A stretch of 64,000 nt of DNA, from positions 352,001 through 416,000 of the forward strand of contig CAWCPV010000007.1 in NCBI GenBank assembly GCA_963797555.1. Reading direction: 5' to 3'. Numbering within the stretch: the first letter of the stretch is position 1; every line of letters starts with the position of its first letter. Both the position numbers and the translations under genes were made by a program. This document shows positions 10,931 through 20,939 of the stretch, piece by piece. Origin of the DNA: an uncultured Gammaproteobacteria bacterium. Its GTDB lineage: Bacteria; Pseudomonadota; Gammaproteobacteria; CAWCPV01. Below the pieces are notes generated by a model. It was given only the letters and a program-made list of their open reading frames with translations. It was not told the DNA's origin and ran no database searches.

Positions 10931-11758
10931 CTATCCAGACCCGACTCTGATCGCATGAAAATCGCCCCAAAGCTCGCCTTTCGGCGACAAACCCTTCAGA
11001 ATGGAGACAATCGCCTGTGCACCGACAAGCTGGCTTAGCTCGAAAGCTATCTGATCCTTGATAGTGTAGTTGAACCGATAGTCGCCGAGCTCGCAAAGTT
11101 TTTCTATGCATTGAATAGCCGTATGAAGGAACCTCTGGTTGTACTCGACGGAGACGTGTCTGATCGGATGTGCCAATGTGCTGAGAACCAGGAATTCAGC
11201 ACCTTCCGTGTCTACCTTTAAATGATCGGGAACTCCATAACGATCAATGATGGATTTCAGGGTCGTCGTTTCGACGGTTTCGATACCACGATATACTCGT
11301 GCTCCTCGTTCTCCCCACGCTCGAAAAAAGTGATCAGTAATCGTACAGACATCTGACATGCCAGGGGCGACATGAAGCTCCGCTGTTCCTTCGGAATCGC
11401 TGACCGCCTTTTGGATTACCACGAGTTGTGTCGAATCGATGAATCTGCGAAGGCTGGTCCGAAGCTTGTCAGCGTTGGCGCTATATGGTTCGACGGCGAC
11501 GACTTTGGCCCCGAGTGCGAGAAAAGCACACGTGCGAGTACCACGATGAGCACCGACATCGAAACACAGAGCACCTCGATGAATAAAGGGATCATAGAAC
11601 TCTGCAAGGGTATTGACATACTTGTCCAGATCTCTCTGGCCGAAGCGACAAATGGTTCTTCCTCGCCATTTCGAAACAGCCGATAGAGCTTTCCGTGTCA
11701 CGAACACGGGTCCCCTTGTGAGATAACGGCGAAAACCGCGGATGATGTCATCCAACAT
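10931..11758 (-). CDS. FkbM family methyltransferase (lower GC)
   Basis: FDVGAHRG, AVEP, LKVDTEGAE motifs. Confidence 0.88.
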   Translation of the reverse strand: MLDDIIRGFRRYLTRGPVFVTRKALSAVSKWRGRTICRFGQRDLDKYVNTLAEFYDPFIHRGALCFDVGAHRGTRTCAFLALGAKVVAVEPYSANADKLRTSLRRFIDSTQLVVIQKAVSDSEGTAELHVAPGMSDVCTITDHFFRAWGERGARVYRGIETVETTTLKSIIDRYGVPDHLKVDTEGAEFLVLSTLAHPIRHVSVEYNQRFLHTAIQCIEKLCELGDYRFNYTIKDQIAFELSQLVGAQAIVSILKGLSPKGELWGDFHAIRVGSG

Positions 11759-11976
11759 GCAGTTGTCCCTCGGGAGGGGAGGCGGTGGAGTCACGGGTGT
11801 AACCCGCCTCCCGCCTCTCCTATCCGTCTGGGCTCCTGTAGGTCTCGCCTGCCCTATTTCCCTGCCGGATCGTGGCGGGAAGGAGCCCGTGTGGTCAGTC
11901 CCTCCTCCGGCTACCCCGCCAGCCACTGCGCGGTCTCGCACGTAGCCAGCTTGTCATGCCTTGCCCTGACAAGCAA

Positions 11977-12762
11977 TTACGATATCTTGATCCAGCCCCT
12001 GCACCAGTATACCGCTAGACCCAAATACTCTTTCAGTGCCCGTGTCGTGCCGTAGAGTGCGCCGGCGTCCGGCAAGAACGCCAGGATGGTGAGGCGCCCG
12101 GCGTCCACGACACCGTAGTCCGTCGGCGAGGGCACGGCGTCGATGCCCGCGGCGCGAAAAGTGGCGAGTGCCCGCGGCATGTGCATGGCCGACGTTACGA
12201 GCAAGACGTGCCTGAGGTGCCGCTCTTGCAGTAGCCGCTTCACGTTGGAAGCATTCTGATGGGTATTGGCGCTGGCCGACTCCTCGACAATCGCTCCCGC
12301 CGGGACTCCCCACTCCGTTAACATCTGTGCGACGAACGTCGATTCCGGACGTGTCGAGCCTGACCAAGGCAGATTTCCTCCGGCCGCGATGACCAGGGGC
12401 GCCTTGCCCGCACGGTAGAGCCTCGCGGCGTGCAGCAGCCGGTCCGAACTGTCAATGATTTCCGGCTCCAGCCTGGGGTAGTCCGCGCCGGCAACGCTTC
12501 CGCCCAGTACCACGATGGCGTCGGCCGTCGGGGATTCTGCGACGGGGGTGGGCAGGAAGATCCGCTCCAGAGATGCCTGGAGCACTGCGGAGACGAGGGG
12601 AGTGGCGGATACCCAGAGTATGGCGAGCGAAGCCAGCAGACTGGCCATGGCCAACCGGGTCCGCCGGACCCGGAGAAGGAGGGCAGAGAGCGCGCAGAGC
12701 GCAAGCGACACCCCCAACGGGTAGACCAGTTGGGCCAGCACTTTGGAGAGGAACAGATCCAT
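11977..12762 (-). CDS. YdcF/ElyC (DUF218) family envelope protein
   Basis: DAIVVLGG, ESASANTHQNA, LVTSAMHMPRA, KEYLG motifs; N-terminal TM. Confidence 0.9.
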   Translation of the reverse strand: MDLFLSKVLAQLVYPLGVSLALCALSALLLRVRRTRLAMASLLASLAILWVSATPLVSAVLQASLERIFLPTPVAESPTADAIVVLGGSVAGADYPRLEPEIIDSSDRLLHAARLYRAGKAPLVIAAGGNLPWSGSTRPESTFVAQMLTEWGVPAGAIVEESASANTHQNASNVKRLLQERHLRHVLLVTSAMHMPRALATFRAAGIDAVPSPTDYGVVDAGRLTILAFLPDAGALYGTTRALKEYLGLAVYWCRGWIKIS

Positions 12763-12945
12763 ACCTGGCGAGTGCTTCCCGGCCGGACTTCACGGTATGC
12801 GAACGGTGCAGCCGCTTCCGACATGCGCTGTCGTGCGACCGTTCGCGGCGAGGTCGGCACGGCGGGCAGCGACTCTTTGGAGTCGTTCGATCACGCTCGC
12901 CCCGTCTCGAAGTCCGCGTAGGAGCGCGAATGGAAGAAGGTCGGA

Positions 12946-14454
12946 TCAATAGCACGCATCACGCATCACGGATGCACTCATCCCGATCCCGAGCAACACG
13001 TAGAAGTATGCGGTATTCGCGGGGATATGAAAGTTGAAGTCGACGAGGGCGTGAAACAGCATCGCGGTAATCCCGGCCAGCGAACCGAAGAGTAGACCTC
13101 GCATCACCCGATCGTGTCCGAGCTTATATGCCGATGCCGCCTTGCGGATAATGGCGCAGACGGCGATCGACAGCAGCGCAGACCCCACGATCCCCTGCTC
13201 CGACAAAAGCTCGAGGTAATCATTATGCGCGTGATCATGGATTACCGGAGGGAGCCTGTCATCCTTGTAGTTTATGAAGACCGACTTGTAGCTGCCGGCG
13301 CCGCTGCCGAACGCCCAATAGTCCTCGAACATGTGAAGCGTAAGTTCCCATTGAGTAGCGCGGCCCGAACTCTCGATGGCGATACGCGCCATCCTCTCCC
13401 TCAGGCCACCAAAATCGAAAGCGGCTGCTAAAGACAGTGCCAGCAGCAGCGTCGCAGAAAGCAGCCGGACCTCCCTTGTCTCGAGGCCGCGGAAAAGCGC
13501 CGCCAGGCCCATGACGGTGACGAGTCCGACCAGGAGGGCCAGGTTCCCGCCGCGCGATTTGGAAAGGAGCAGCGCCGCGCCCATCGTCGCCAGAGCGAGC
13601 AGCACGAGGCCGCGCCACCCCGTGATGAAAAGAATCAGTCCGTTCAGGCGCCGCCTCCAACCTCGCAGAGAGCTTCGGTCCTCGGCGCCGCCCAGCAGCA
13701 GCCCGACTCCGAGGGGGATAATCATCGCCAGGTGCGCAGCAAAGTGGTTACGGTTTATAAAGGTGCCGGTGACGACGTCCCAATGCCCGTCCCGCAACCC
13801 CTCGGGAACGAATTTCAAGTGGGACCTCATGACATAGACGCCGAAGACGGACTCTGCCACGCCGACGAATAACAGCGCCGACACCAGCACAACGAGACGG
13901 CGCCGCGTTCGCGCCAAGGCGATAGTCAGGAAAAACAGCGCGACGTACGCCAAATCTTTGCCGAAGTCTGCCAGTGTGGCCGACGGATCGAGGCTCAACG
14001 ACCGGTAAGCGGTTGCCGTGTCGACCGCGGCTTGTCGGTGATGCTCATAGCTCACCGGGCTGAGCACCTCGAGCAGGCGGTCCGGCAAGGGCAGGGTCTG
14101 CCCCAGGATGTAAGCCAACCAAACGGAAAACAGCAGCAGGGACGGCATCGCGCTCGACAGCGCCCCGGCCGCTGGGGCGGGACGCCAGAAAGCCTTCGCA
14201 AGCCAGATGGCGAGCAGGCCGAACGTCGCGGCTTCCATGAGCGCCCATGACCACGGTCGGTTGCTGCCCCAGGGTACGGGGAGCCAAGCAATCAGCAGCA
14301 GCAGGGCCACGTATAACCCAGTATCCGCGATACTTCCAGATTCGCCGCTCGGCGCTGCAGCTTCGACGATCATCGGTCTGGAGCCGGTCGGACGCGGGCT
14401 GTTCGACCGCCGCCTCGGCGCCGGGCCGACGGGCATGCCATCGGCCGCAGACAA
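12946..14454 (-). CDS. O-antigen ligase / Wzy_C family membrane protein
   Basis: Multi-TM; PWGSNRPW, GTFINRNHFA, SKSRGG, GSGAGSY, HAHNDYLE, DFNFHIPAN. Confidence 0.9.
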   Translation of the reverse strand: MSAADGMPVGPAPRRRSNSPRPTGSRPMIVEAAAPSGESGSIADTGLYVALLLLIAWLPVPWGSNRPWSWALMEAATFGLLAIWLAKAFWRPAPAAGALSSAMPSLLLFSVWLAYILGQTLPLPDRLLEVLSPVSYEHHRQAAVDTATAYRSLSLDPSATLADFGKDLAYVALFFLTIALARTRRRLVVLVSALLFVGVAESVFGVYVMRSHLKFVPEGLRDGHWDVVTGTFINRNHFAAHLAMIIPLGVGLLLGGAEDRSSLRGWRRRLNGLILFITGWRGLVLLALATMGAALLLSKSRGGNLALLVGLVTVMGLAALFRGLETREVRLLSATLLLALSLAAAFDFGGLRERMARIAIESSGRATQWELTLHMFEDYWAFGSGAGSYKSVFINYKDDRLPPVIHDHAHNDYLELLSEQGIVGSALLSIAVCAIIRKAASAYKLGHDRVMRGLLFGSLAGITAMLFHALVDFNFHIPANTAYFYVLLGIGMSASVMRDACY

Positions 14455-14468
14455 TCCGGGCTTTGCGC

Positions 14469-14550
14469 GGCCGGACAGCGTTACGGGGTTTTACGGCAGC
14501 AGCGTGGAGGTGCGCCCGGTCTAGGCACGGCGGGGGTCTTCCGGACCGAC
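14469..14550 (-). repeat. Diverged duplicate of the 3' end of the GT2 gene (matches 15810-15887)
   Basis: ggccggacagcgttacggggttttacggcagcagcgtggaggtgcgcccggtct vs ggccggacagcgtcacggggttttccggcagcagcgtggagatgcgcccggtct; both encode PRCCRKTP-stop. Confidence 0.9.
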
Positions 14551-14763
14551 CCCAGCACGGCAGGCGGCGGCCAGCTACGGCTGGAGGACAGGCGCAAGGT
14601 TCAAGGAGTGGCGGTTGAAAGCTTCAGCAGCACTCCGGGACGCTGCTCGGTGCGTGCCCCGGCCTCGGCAGTGAGGCCATGGCACGGAGGCCAGTCTTCC
14701 CTGGTGAGGGCTCCCGTACCCGGCCCCTGCACCCCGAACGCCGTCCCCGAGCGCACGCGCAGC

Positions 14764-15597
14764 TTAAGCTGCCAGCAGATAAGACGGGATAAGGGTCAGG
14801 CCCTTCTCCTTAGCGTAACGCTCTACCTCCGGATGCACGGAGTAGGCGACGAGTAATAGAAAGCGTTCGTCGGCAAGCAGGCCGTGGCGGTGGAGGCGCT
14901 CCACGCGCTTGAGAAACTGATCCACGTCCTTCTTGCCCGGGCGGGATTTCGCCTCCCCCACAATGCTGAGGGGCGCGCTGTCCTTCCGGCCTGCACCCAG
15001 GATATTCACCTCCTCTCCGCCGCCCTCCGGGTACTCCACGAAACGGCGGACGAGTCGCCCCTCTACCTCGATTCGATATTCGCGCTTCAAGAGGTCCGGC
15101 AGCACCGCCATCGCGCGATCCTCGAGGCCGTAGCCTACGGTGTCCGAGAGCCCGGCCACCATGTCCCGCGTCTCCTTGAGTCCTCGAGCCAGGGTGGCCA
15201 CCTCCCGCTCAGTCCGTGCCTGGGCCTCGGCAAGGCGCGTGACGGCCTGCTCCAGCGCGCCGACCCTGATTTCTGTCCGCTCCTGAACCTCCGCAAGGCG
15301 CGTGACAGCCTGCTCCAGCGCGCCGACCCTGATTTCTGTCCGCTGCTGAGCCTCCGCGAGTTCTTCCAGCCGCTTCTCGGTGCGTGCCTGAGCCTCAGCC
15401 AGCGCCTGCAGACGCTGTTCGGTGCGTGCCTGGGCCTCGGCTAGTGCGACTACGGCGTCGCGTAGCCCAGCCAGGTCCTCCTTGGTGAGGGCTTGGTGCA
15501 GCTCTTCGTACACGGCTCCAATGGCTGAGGCAACGGCACGCGCCGCCTGCGGGTCCAGGGTATGCGCCAGGTCCTCGTAGAGCTTAAGCGTGTCCAT
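14764..15597 (-). CDS. Coiled-coil repeat protein with C-terminal PD-(D/E)XK nuclease-like domain
   Basis: LAEAQxRTE repeats; GLSDTVGYGLED, EVNIL...GEAK catalytic-like motif. Confidence 0.75.
   Translation of the reverse strand: MDTLKLYEDLAHTLDPQAARAVASAIGAVYEELHQALTKEDLAGLRDAVVALAEAQARTEQRLQALAEAQARTEKRLEELAEAQQRTEIRVGALEQAVTRLAEVQERTEIRVGALEQAVTRLAEAQARTEREVATLARGLKETRDMVAGLSDTVGYGLEDRAMAVLPDLLKREYRIEVEGRLVRRFVEYPEGGGEEVNILGAGRKDSAPLSIVGEAKSRPGKKDVDQFLKRVERLHRHGLLADERFLLLVAYSVHPEVERYAKEKGLTLIPSYLLAA
15231..15356. repeat. Two tandem 63-bp coding repeats within the coiled coil
   Basis: caaggcgcgtgac[g/a]gcctgctccagcgcgccgaccctgatttctgtccgct at 15231 and 15294. Confidence 0.9.
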
Positions 15598-15821
15598 GGA
15601 GTGGATCCTGTCGCGGCCATCGGGCTCAACGAGCCCTCGCACGCCGAGCTGTCATGATACAACACCCGCGCCGAACCGCTCCCGGACCCCAACCACCGGG
15701 GGTGGGCCTCCTACGCCTGCCTCGTGGCGGGGGCACCATGAACCCCGGCTTGTCTGCAGAGGCCAACACACTGGGGTCCCCGAAAGGGTGGCCAGCACCC
15801 CGACGATGGGGCCGGACAGCG

Positions 15822-16622
15822 TCACGGGGTTTTCCGGCAGCAGCGTGGAGATGCGCCCGGTCTCAGGGACGGCGCTTCCGGACCGACGGAGAACAGGCGA
15901 GGTGTCATGAGACCCCAGCGCCATAGGCGGTACAGCACGCTGGTTCTCAGCACGCCAAGCCCGTACGTCACGGAACGTTGGAAGTTTATCGAGCTGGCTT
16001 CCGGGAAGTACTTGGTCGGGCAGGACACCTCTCCGATGCGAAACCCCTGTGCGATGGCCTGTGTCAACATTTGATTGTCAAATATGAAATCGTCGGAGTT
16101 GGCGAGAAGCGGGAGTTCCTCGAGAACCCTCCGGGAAAACGCGCGGTATCCCGTGTGGAATTCGGAGAGCTTCGTTCCAAGCAGGAGGTTCTGCACGGCC
16201 GTCAAGACCCGGTTCGAGACATATTTGTACCGGGGCATCCCGCCCCTTCGTGCAGTATTACCCAGGATGCGGGACCCGAGGACCACGTCGTAGACCCCGG
16301 AAGCGATCATCGACGCCAGCGCAGTCAGGAGCTTCGGCTCGTACTGATAATCCGGGTGGAGCATGACCACGATGTCCGCATCGGACTGAAGGGCCTCCGC
16401 ATAACAAGTCTTTTGATTGGCACCATACCCGCGGTTGCTTTCGTGGACCACGGTTCGTATTCCCAACTCCCGGGCCACTGCGACCGTCCGGTCGGTGCTG
16501 GCGTCGTCCACCAACAGCACGTCATCCACGATGTCGCGAGGGATGCTCGTGTAAGTCTGGCGCAGGGTCTTTTCGGCTTCGTACGCGGGCAAGACGACCA
16601 GGATCTTGTTACCGCTGAGCAT
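15822..16622 (-). CDS. Glycosyltransferase family 2 (DPM1-like)
   Basis: [40 protein letters not shown]. Confidence 0.92.
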   Translation of the reverse strand: MLSGNKILVVLPAYEAEKTLRQTYTSIPRDIVDDVLLVDDASTDRTVAVARELGIRTVVHESNRGYGANQKTCYAEALQSDADIVVMLHPDYQYEPKLLTALASMIASGVYDVVLGSRILGNTARRGGMPRYKYVSNRVLTAVQNLLLGTKLSEFHTGYRAFSRRVLEELPLLANSDDFIFDNQMLTQAIAQGFRIGEVSCPTKYFPEASSINFQRSVTYGLGVLRTSVLYRLWRWGLMTPRLFSVGPEAPSLRPGASPRCCRKTP

Positions 16623-16645
16623 GTGCCGTGGTCTCCTTGGTCGAT

Positions 16646-16733
16646 GTACAGGGAGTGTACGGAATCCAGGGCCAGGGATGTCGAGCGATGGCGTCCGCGG
16701 CCTCTAGATTTCGGCTTCCCAGCGGGAATGACG
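16646..16733 (-). repeat. CGTC-type REP doublet, copy 1 (one end eroded)
   Basis: Reverse complement aligns with 48318-48414. Confidence 0.85.
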
Positions 16734-16857
16734 GTCGGAACCAGCACTTGCGTGTGATGGCGTGGATTGAATCCTCTGCGCGCCGGTGTCCGAGCTTTCT
16801 CGGGCATTCGTCGATGCGTTTCCGCAGGGCCGACCTCGAAGCCCGAGGTTGCCGTTA

Positions 16858-18618
16858 TCACTGTACGCCTTGTATCTCACGCATCACGACATAGTTCTCC
16901 ATGACCAACACGTCCATCTGTGTCCGCAGGAAGCAGTCCAGTGCTTGTTCTGGTGTGCAAACCACCGGCTCATTCTCGTTGAAAGACGTGTTCAGCACCA
17001 CGGGAACACCGGTGAGGTCCCTGAATGCTTCGATCAAGCGGTAGTAGCGCGGATTGGTTTCTCGGCTCACTGTCTGGAGCCTGCCGCTGCCGTCTACGTG
17101 GGTCACCGCCGGAATCTGCGCCCGCTTCTCGGCTCGAATCTGGAACACCTTCATCATGAAGGGAACGTCGTCGTCGGTCTCGAACCACTCGGGCACCGCT
17201 TCCCGCAGGATGGAGGGGGCGAAGGGCCGGAACGACTCGCGACGCTTGATCTTGAGGTTGAGGATGTCCTTCATGTCGGGACGCCTCGGGTCGCAGACGA
17301 TGGAGCGGTTCCCGAGCGCCCGCGGCCCCCATTCCATGCGCCCCTGAAACCAGCCCACTACCTTGCCGTCGGCGACTGCCCGCGCCGTCATCTGGGAGAG
17401 GACACCCTCATCGTCGACGCGCTGGAAGCGACAACCCTGCTCCGCCAAGTCAGGGCGGCGGGCCTCCAGCAGCGAGCCGACCTCGCGCGCGCTGAAGCGT
17501 GGGCCCCAGTATGCATGATCCATGGTGAACGCCCGTCCGCCGCCGCTTGCCTGCCAAGCCAACAGGGCGGCGCCGATGGCGCCGCCGGCGTCTCCGGCGG
17601 CAGCCTGGACGTAGACTCGCTTGAAGGCCGTGTGCAGGCAAACCTTGCCGTTGGCGACGGAGTTCATGGCACAGCCCCCGGCCAGGGCGAGGTCGTCGAT
17701 CCGGTATCTGCGGTGCAGGGCATTCAGCAGGTGAAAGAATGCCTCCTCGTACATCGCCTGCACCGAGCGCGCAATATCCCGATGCCGGTCCTGTATCGCG
17801 TCGGACGGCTCGCGAGCCGGTCCCAGGAGATCCGCGAGCGCCTGGCTGTAAAGTCGACCCACGACGGGGGCGCCCGAGTCCCACTCGTACGCGACCCGTT
17901 CCCGATGGTGCCGGAAGAACTGCAAATCCAGGTCGAAGGTCCCGTCCTTCCGCAGCCGCACGATGCGGCGCATGGCGTCCAGGAAGCGGGGCTCCCCATA
18001 AGGGGCCAGTCCCATGACCTTGTACTCGTCCCCGTAGTGGGGAAAGCCGAGATACTGGGTCAATGCCTGATAGAAAATCCCCAGCGAGTGCGGGAAGTAG
18101 ACGCGACCGTCGACCCTGGCGAGGCCGCTATCGCCCATGCCCCACGCCGCGCTCGAGAAGTCCCCGAAGCCGTCGACGGACACCGCCACGGCCTCTTGGA
18201 AAGGGGAGACCAGAAAACAGGACGCAAGGTGGGCGAGATGGTGCTCCACTCGGAGCACCGCCCCGCGCAAGTTTTCACCGGCAAGCGTTTCTTCTAGCTG
18301 CCGGCGCACGGATGCGCGGCGGCGCGCGTTGCGGAGCCGATCCCGCAGCAGCCGCGGGTCGGGGCGCCTGCCGAGCGTATAGCCGAGCTTGCGGGCCAGG
18401 TTGGCCCGCGGGTCGCTGTTCATGGCCGCCTGGTCGATGTCGCCGAGGCCGGCCCCGGCCTCCGCCAGGCAGTAGCGGATGGCCTCCGATGGGAACCCCG
18501 CCCAGTGCTTGACACGGCGGAACCGCTCCTCCTCGGCGGCGGCCACCAGCCGGCCGTCCACGACGACGGCGGCAGCCGCGTCTCCGTGGTATGCGTTGAT
18601 CCCCAGAATAATCGTCAT
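16858..18618 (-). CDS. O-carbamoyltransferase (NodU/CmcH family)
   Basis: GINAYHGD, AEEERF, HHLAH, DGFGD, GEYKVMGLAPYG, AGGCAMN, GPRALGNRS, LNTSFN. Confidence 0.95.
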   Translation of the reverse strand: MTIILGINAYHGDAAAAVVVDGRLVAAAEEERFRRVKHWAGFPSEAIRYCLAEAGAGLGDIDQAAMNSDPRANLARKLGYTLGRRPDPRLLRDRLRNARRRASVRRQLEETLAGENLRGAVLRVEHHLAHLASCFLVSPFQEAVAVSVDGFGDFSSAAWGMGDSGLARVDGRVYFPHSLGIFYQALTQYLGFPHYGDEYKVMGLAPYGEPRFLDAMRRIVRLRKDGTFDLDLQFFRHHRERVAYEWDSGAPVVGRLYSQALADLLGPAREPSDAIQDRHRDIARSVQAMYEEAFFHLLNALHRRYRIDDLALAGGCAMNSVANGKVCLHTAFKRVYVQAAAGDAGGAIGAALLAWQASGGGRAFTMDHAYWGPRFSAREVGSLLEARRPDLAEQGCRFQRVDDEGVLSQMTARAVADGKVVGWFQGRMEWGPRALGNRSIVCDPRRPDMKDILNLKIKRRESFRPFAPSILREAVPEWFETDDDVPFMMKVFQIRAEKRAQIPAVTHVDGSGRLQTVSRETNPRYYRLIEAFRDLTGVPVVLNTSFNENEPVVCTPEQALDCFLRTQMDVLVMENYVVMREIQGVQ

Positions 18619-18628
18619 GAGTTTCTAA

Positions 18629-18845
18629 GAGCCTGCAAATGAATCTGCTACGGGTCCCGAGAGCGGCGCTGCGCGGCGGTCATGGCGTACCTCCCTGTAC
18701 GCCACCCCTTCGGGGCGTCGCGCGGACGTGCCGAATGGCTACCCTGCCATTCGGTTGCTCCTCGACCTATCTACTCGATAGGTCCAATCGCTGCGCTTCG
18801 CGCGCCGGGCTCTCGGCCCGCTCGCGACGGTTTCTTAAGAAGCTC
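18629..18845. mobile_element. MITE-like palindromic element
   Basis: Imperfect termini GAGCCTGCAAATGAA / TTCTTAAGAAGCTC in CTAA..TGAG context; internal hairpins ggcgtac..gtacgcc, ccgaatggc..gccattcgg, gacctatc..gataggtc. Confidence 0.55.
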
Positions 18846-18880
18846 TGAGGCGAGTGCATGAGAGACGGCGCTCCCAGCGG

Positions 18881-19834
18881 CTACGAACTCCTTGTGGGCG
18901 AGACCGTTGCCAGCGCGGAGATGCGATTCGCCAAGTGCCCTCGGGCAGACCTGGCGACTGCGAGCGCGTTCGCTGCTCTCGACTCCCACGGGCGTTCCGT
19001 GAAGACCAGGGAGCGCCGATCGGCGTCATACAGGGCCGTGTCGTAGCCCTTTGCTTTGAGCCAGCCGACGACCTGGTCAGTCGGAAATCCGTATGCCCGC
19101 GAGTATCCGCCGAGTTCTAGTTGCCAGACGGGTGGGTTACTTTGGGCCAGCATGCCTTCGCAACCCCTGAGCGCCAGCGGTTCTGCGCCTTCGATGTCCA
19201 TCTTGCCCATGGCGTAACGGCGCCCGATGAGCATATCGTCGAGGCGCACGCACGATACTTCAATCGACCTCTCGCCCACGCCACCGGCTCCGATGCGGTT
19301 CGTGGCATCCCGGTCCAGCGTGAATCGAACTGGTCCGCGCGATGTCCCGACCGCTACAGGATAGACGTGGACGTTCTCCAGGCTATTGAGTGCCACGTTC
19401 TCACGGAGCCGACAAAGCGCCTTCGGACCTGGCTCGAAGGCCTCCACTGAACCTTCAGGCCCAACGAGTGATGCGGCCAAGAGGGTATACACTCCGACAT
19501 TTGCACCGACATCGATGAAGTTGTCACCTCGCCGGAGGTAGTGGCGCATGAACGCCATTTCATGGAAATCTGGCTGGCCACTGCAGTATAGAACCAGGCT
19601 CGCAGAAGTGCTGTCCGGGTAGCAGCGAATCAGGAGGCCGGCATAGCGCAGGTCACGGTGCCGTCCGCCGACTCGCTTGTAGAGCTGCCACGCCAGCGTC
19701 CGCGCGACTGCGCGCAGCCGCTGCGCGCGATTTGCCGGGTGTGTCCAGACGAATTCGAGAAGACCTCGGCCTGTCCGGACCGAGAGTGCATCCAATCCGG
19801 TGCTTGGCCCGCCTGGCCGCATCGGCCCCTTCAC
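18881..19834 (-). CDS. FkbM family methyltransferase
   Basis: FIDVGANVG, AFEP, KMDIEGAE. Confidence 0.9.
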   Translation of the reverse strand: MKGPMRPGGPSTGLDALSVRTGRGLLEFVWTHPANRAQRLRAVARTLAWQLYKRVGGRHRDLRYAGLLIRCYPDSTSASLVLYCSGQPDFHEMAFMRHYLRRGDNFIDVGANVGVYTLLAASLVGPEGSVEAFEPGPKALCRLRENVALNSLENVHVYPVAVGTSRGPVRFTLDRDATNRIGAGGVGERSIEVSCVRLDDMLIGRRYAMGKMDIEGAEPLALRGCEGMLAQSNPPVWQLELGGYSRAYGFPTDQVVGWLKAKGYDTALYDADRRSLVFTERPWESRAANALAVARSARGHLANRISALATVSPTRSS

Positions 19835-19987
19835 GAGACATTGGTTTCAGCCTGTTTTGTCGACGCCGCTTTCCCGTACGTGGCACCAAGTGAAATCCTG
19901 CGAGGGAAGTGGCTGCTTCACTGCCGAATAGCGGTGGCTTCGGGAATAACCAGTCATGGCTGTTTTCGCTGCTCAGGAGCAAGAAAA

Positions 19988-20034
19988 CGGAATCCGGAGG
20001 CAGAGATGCCGAGTGATGGCGTCCGTGGCCTCTG
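19988..20034 (-). repeat. CGTC-type REP doublet core, copy 2 (partial)
   Basis: CAGAGGCCACGGACGCCATCACTCGGCATCTCTGCCTCCGGATTCCG matches the interior of 48318-48414. Confidence 0.8.
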
Positions 20035-20060
20035 CCTGGCTAAACAGCCGTCCGCCTTCA

Positions 20061-20936
20061 TTAGGCTTCGCCAGGGCGCTGGGCGACGAAGCAGATGCTC
20101 GCAGCGCGATGTAAGGCATCGATCTCCCTCTCGCGACGCGACCACCGGAAGTGCTTTCGGGGTGAAAGCACAGGTGTGGCATCGAGAAAGCGATCGACAA
20201 GACTAATTAGGAAGCGCCCCAGCTTGGGATACCGACCCATGACCGCAAGCGCTCGTAGAGTGTCATAAGAGTACCAGAGCCGATTAACCCGCAGCCCCGC
20301 ACTCTGGCAGACATGCAACAATCCCCATGATGTGTGGTGAAAGAAGGAGTTATGAAAAGGTTCACCTTGTGAGACCGTACCGAAGAAGAGACCACCGGGC
20401 TTGAGTACGCGCGTGACTTCGCGCACGGCCAGGAACGGATTGTAAAGATGTTCCAGTACGGCATAAGAGAGTGCGAGATCGAAAGAGTGCTCTTGAAACG
20501 GAAGCGCGTGGGCGTCGGCAAGAATATCGGCAGTTGGCGAGGAGAAATCGACCCGAACATATCGAAGTCCGAAATGTTGGGCTGGTAGGGCCTGGTCCCG
20601 TGGGCCACAGCCAAGGTCGAGAAGAGCCTTGCCATTCGTGAAGCTAGCAGAGACTGCGGAGAAAAGCTCGGACGAATCACGGAGAGCCGAGGGACCGGTA
20701 TAAGTATTCGCAGGGCGCTCAACGAGGCAGTCGGAAAGAAGCTGGGGGGCCGATGTGGAGAGGTGGACCGTAAAGGTTCTGGGCGATGGCGACATAGGCC
20801 GCAGATCGAGAGGTAGTGAGAGCGGCCGTGTATACCCACAGCTACATGATGCCACTGGAGCCGAGATAGCGAGCGGATGACCGCAGTCAGGGCAGGCAAG
20901 GTGACGAAAGTACCAGGGTTCAATGTCGGCAGCCAT
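20061..20936 (-). CDS. Class I SAM-dependent methyltransferase with N-terminal Cys motif (lower GC)
   Basis: CPDC..CSC, LDLGCG, DAHALPF, VLEHL, RVLKPGG. Confidence 0.88.
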   Translation of the reverse strand: MAADIEPWYFRHLACPDCGHPLAISAPVASCSCGYTRPLSLPLDLRPMSPSPRTFTVHLSTSAPQLLSDCLVERPANTYTGPSALRDSSELFSAVSASFTNGKALLDLGCGPRDQALPAQHFGLRYVRVDFSSPTADILADAHALPFQEHSFDLALSYAVLEHLYNPFLAVREVTRVLKPGGLFFGTVSQGEPFHNSFFHHTSWGLLHVCQSAGLRVNRLWYSYDTLRALAVMGRYPKLGRFLISLVDRFLDATPVLSPRKHFRWSRREREIDALHRAASICFVAQRPGEA

Positions 20937-20939
20937 GGA

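Noticed and set aside
15231-15445. Repeats as a possible CRISPR array
   Set aside because: In-frame coding repeats without unique spacers; no cas genes seen.
16786-18297. Long plus-strand ORFs (also 26668-28395, 34024-35874, 39953-41284, 55092-56315)
   Set aside because: Antisense shadows of motif-rich minus-strand genes, expected in GC-rich DNA; no recognisable motifs.
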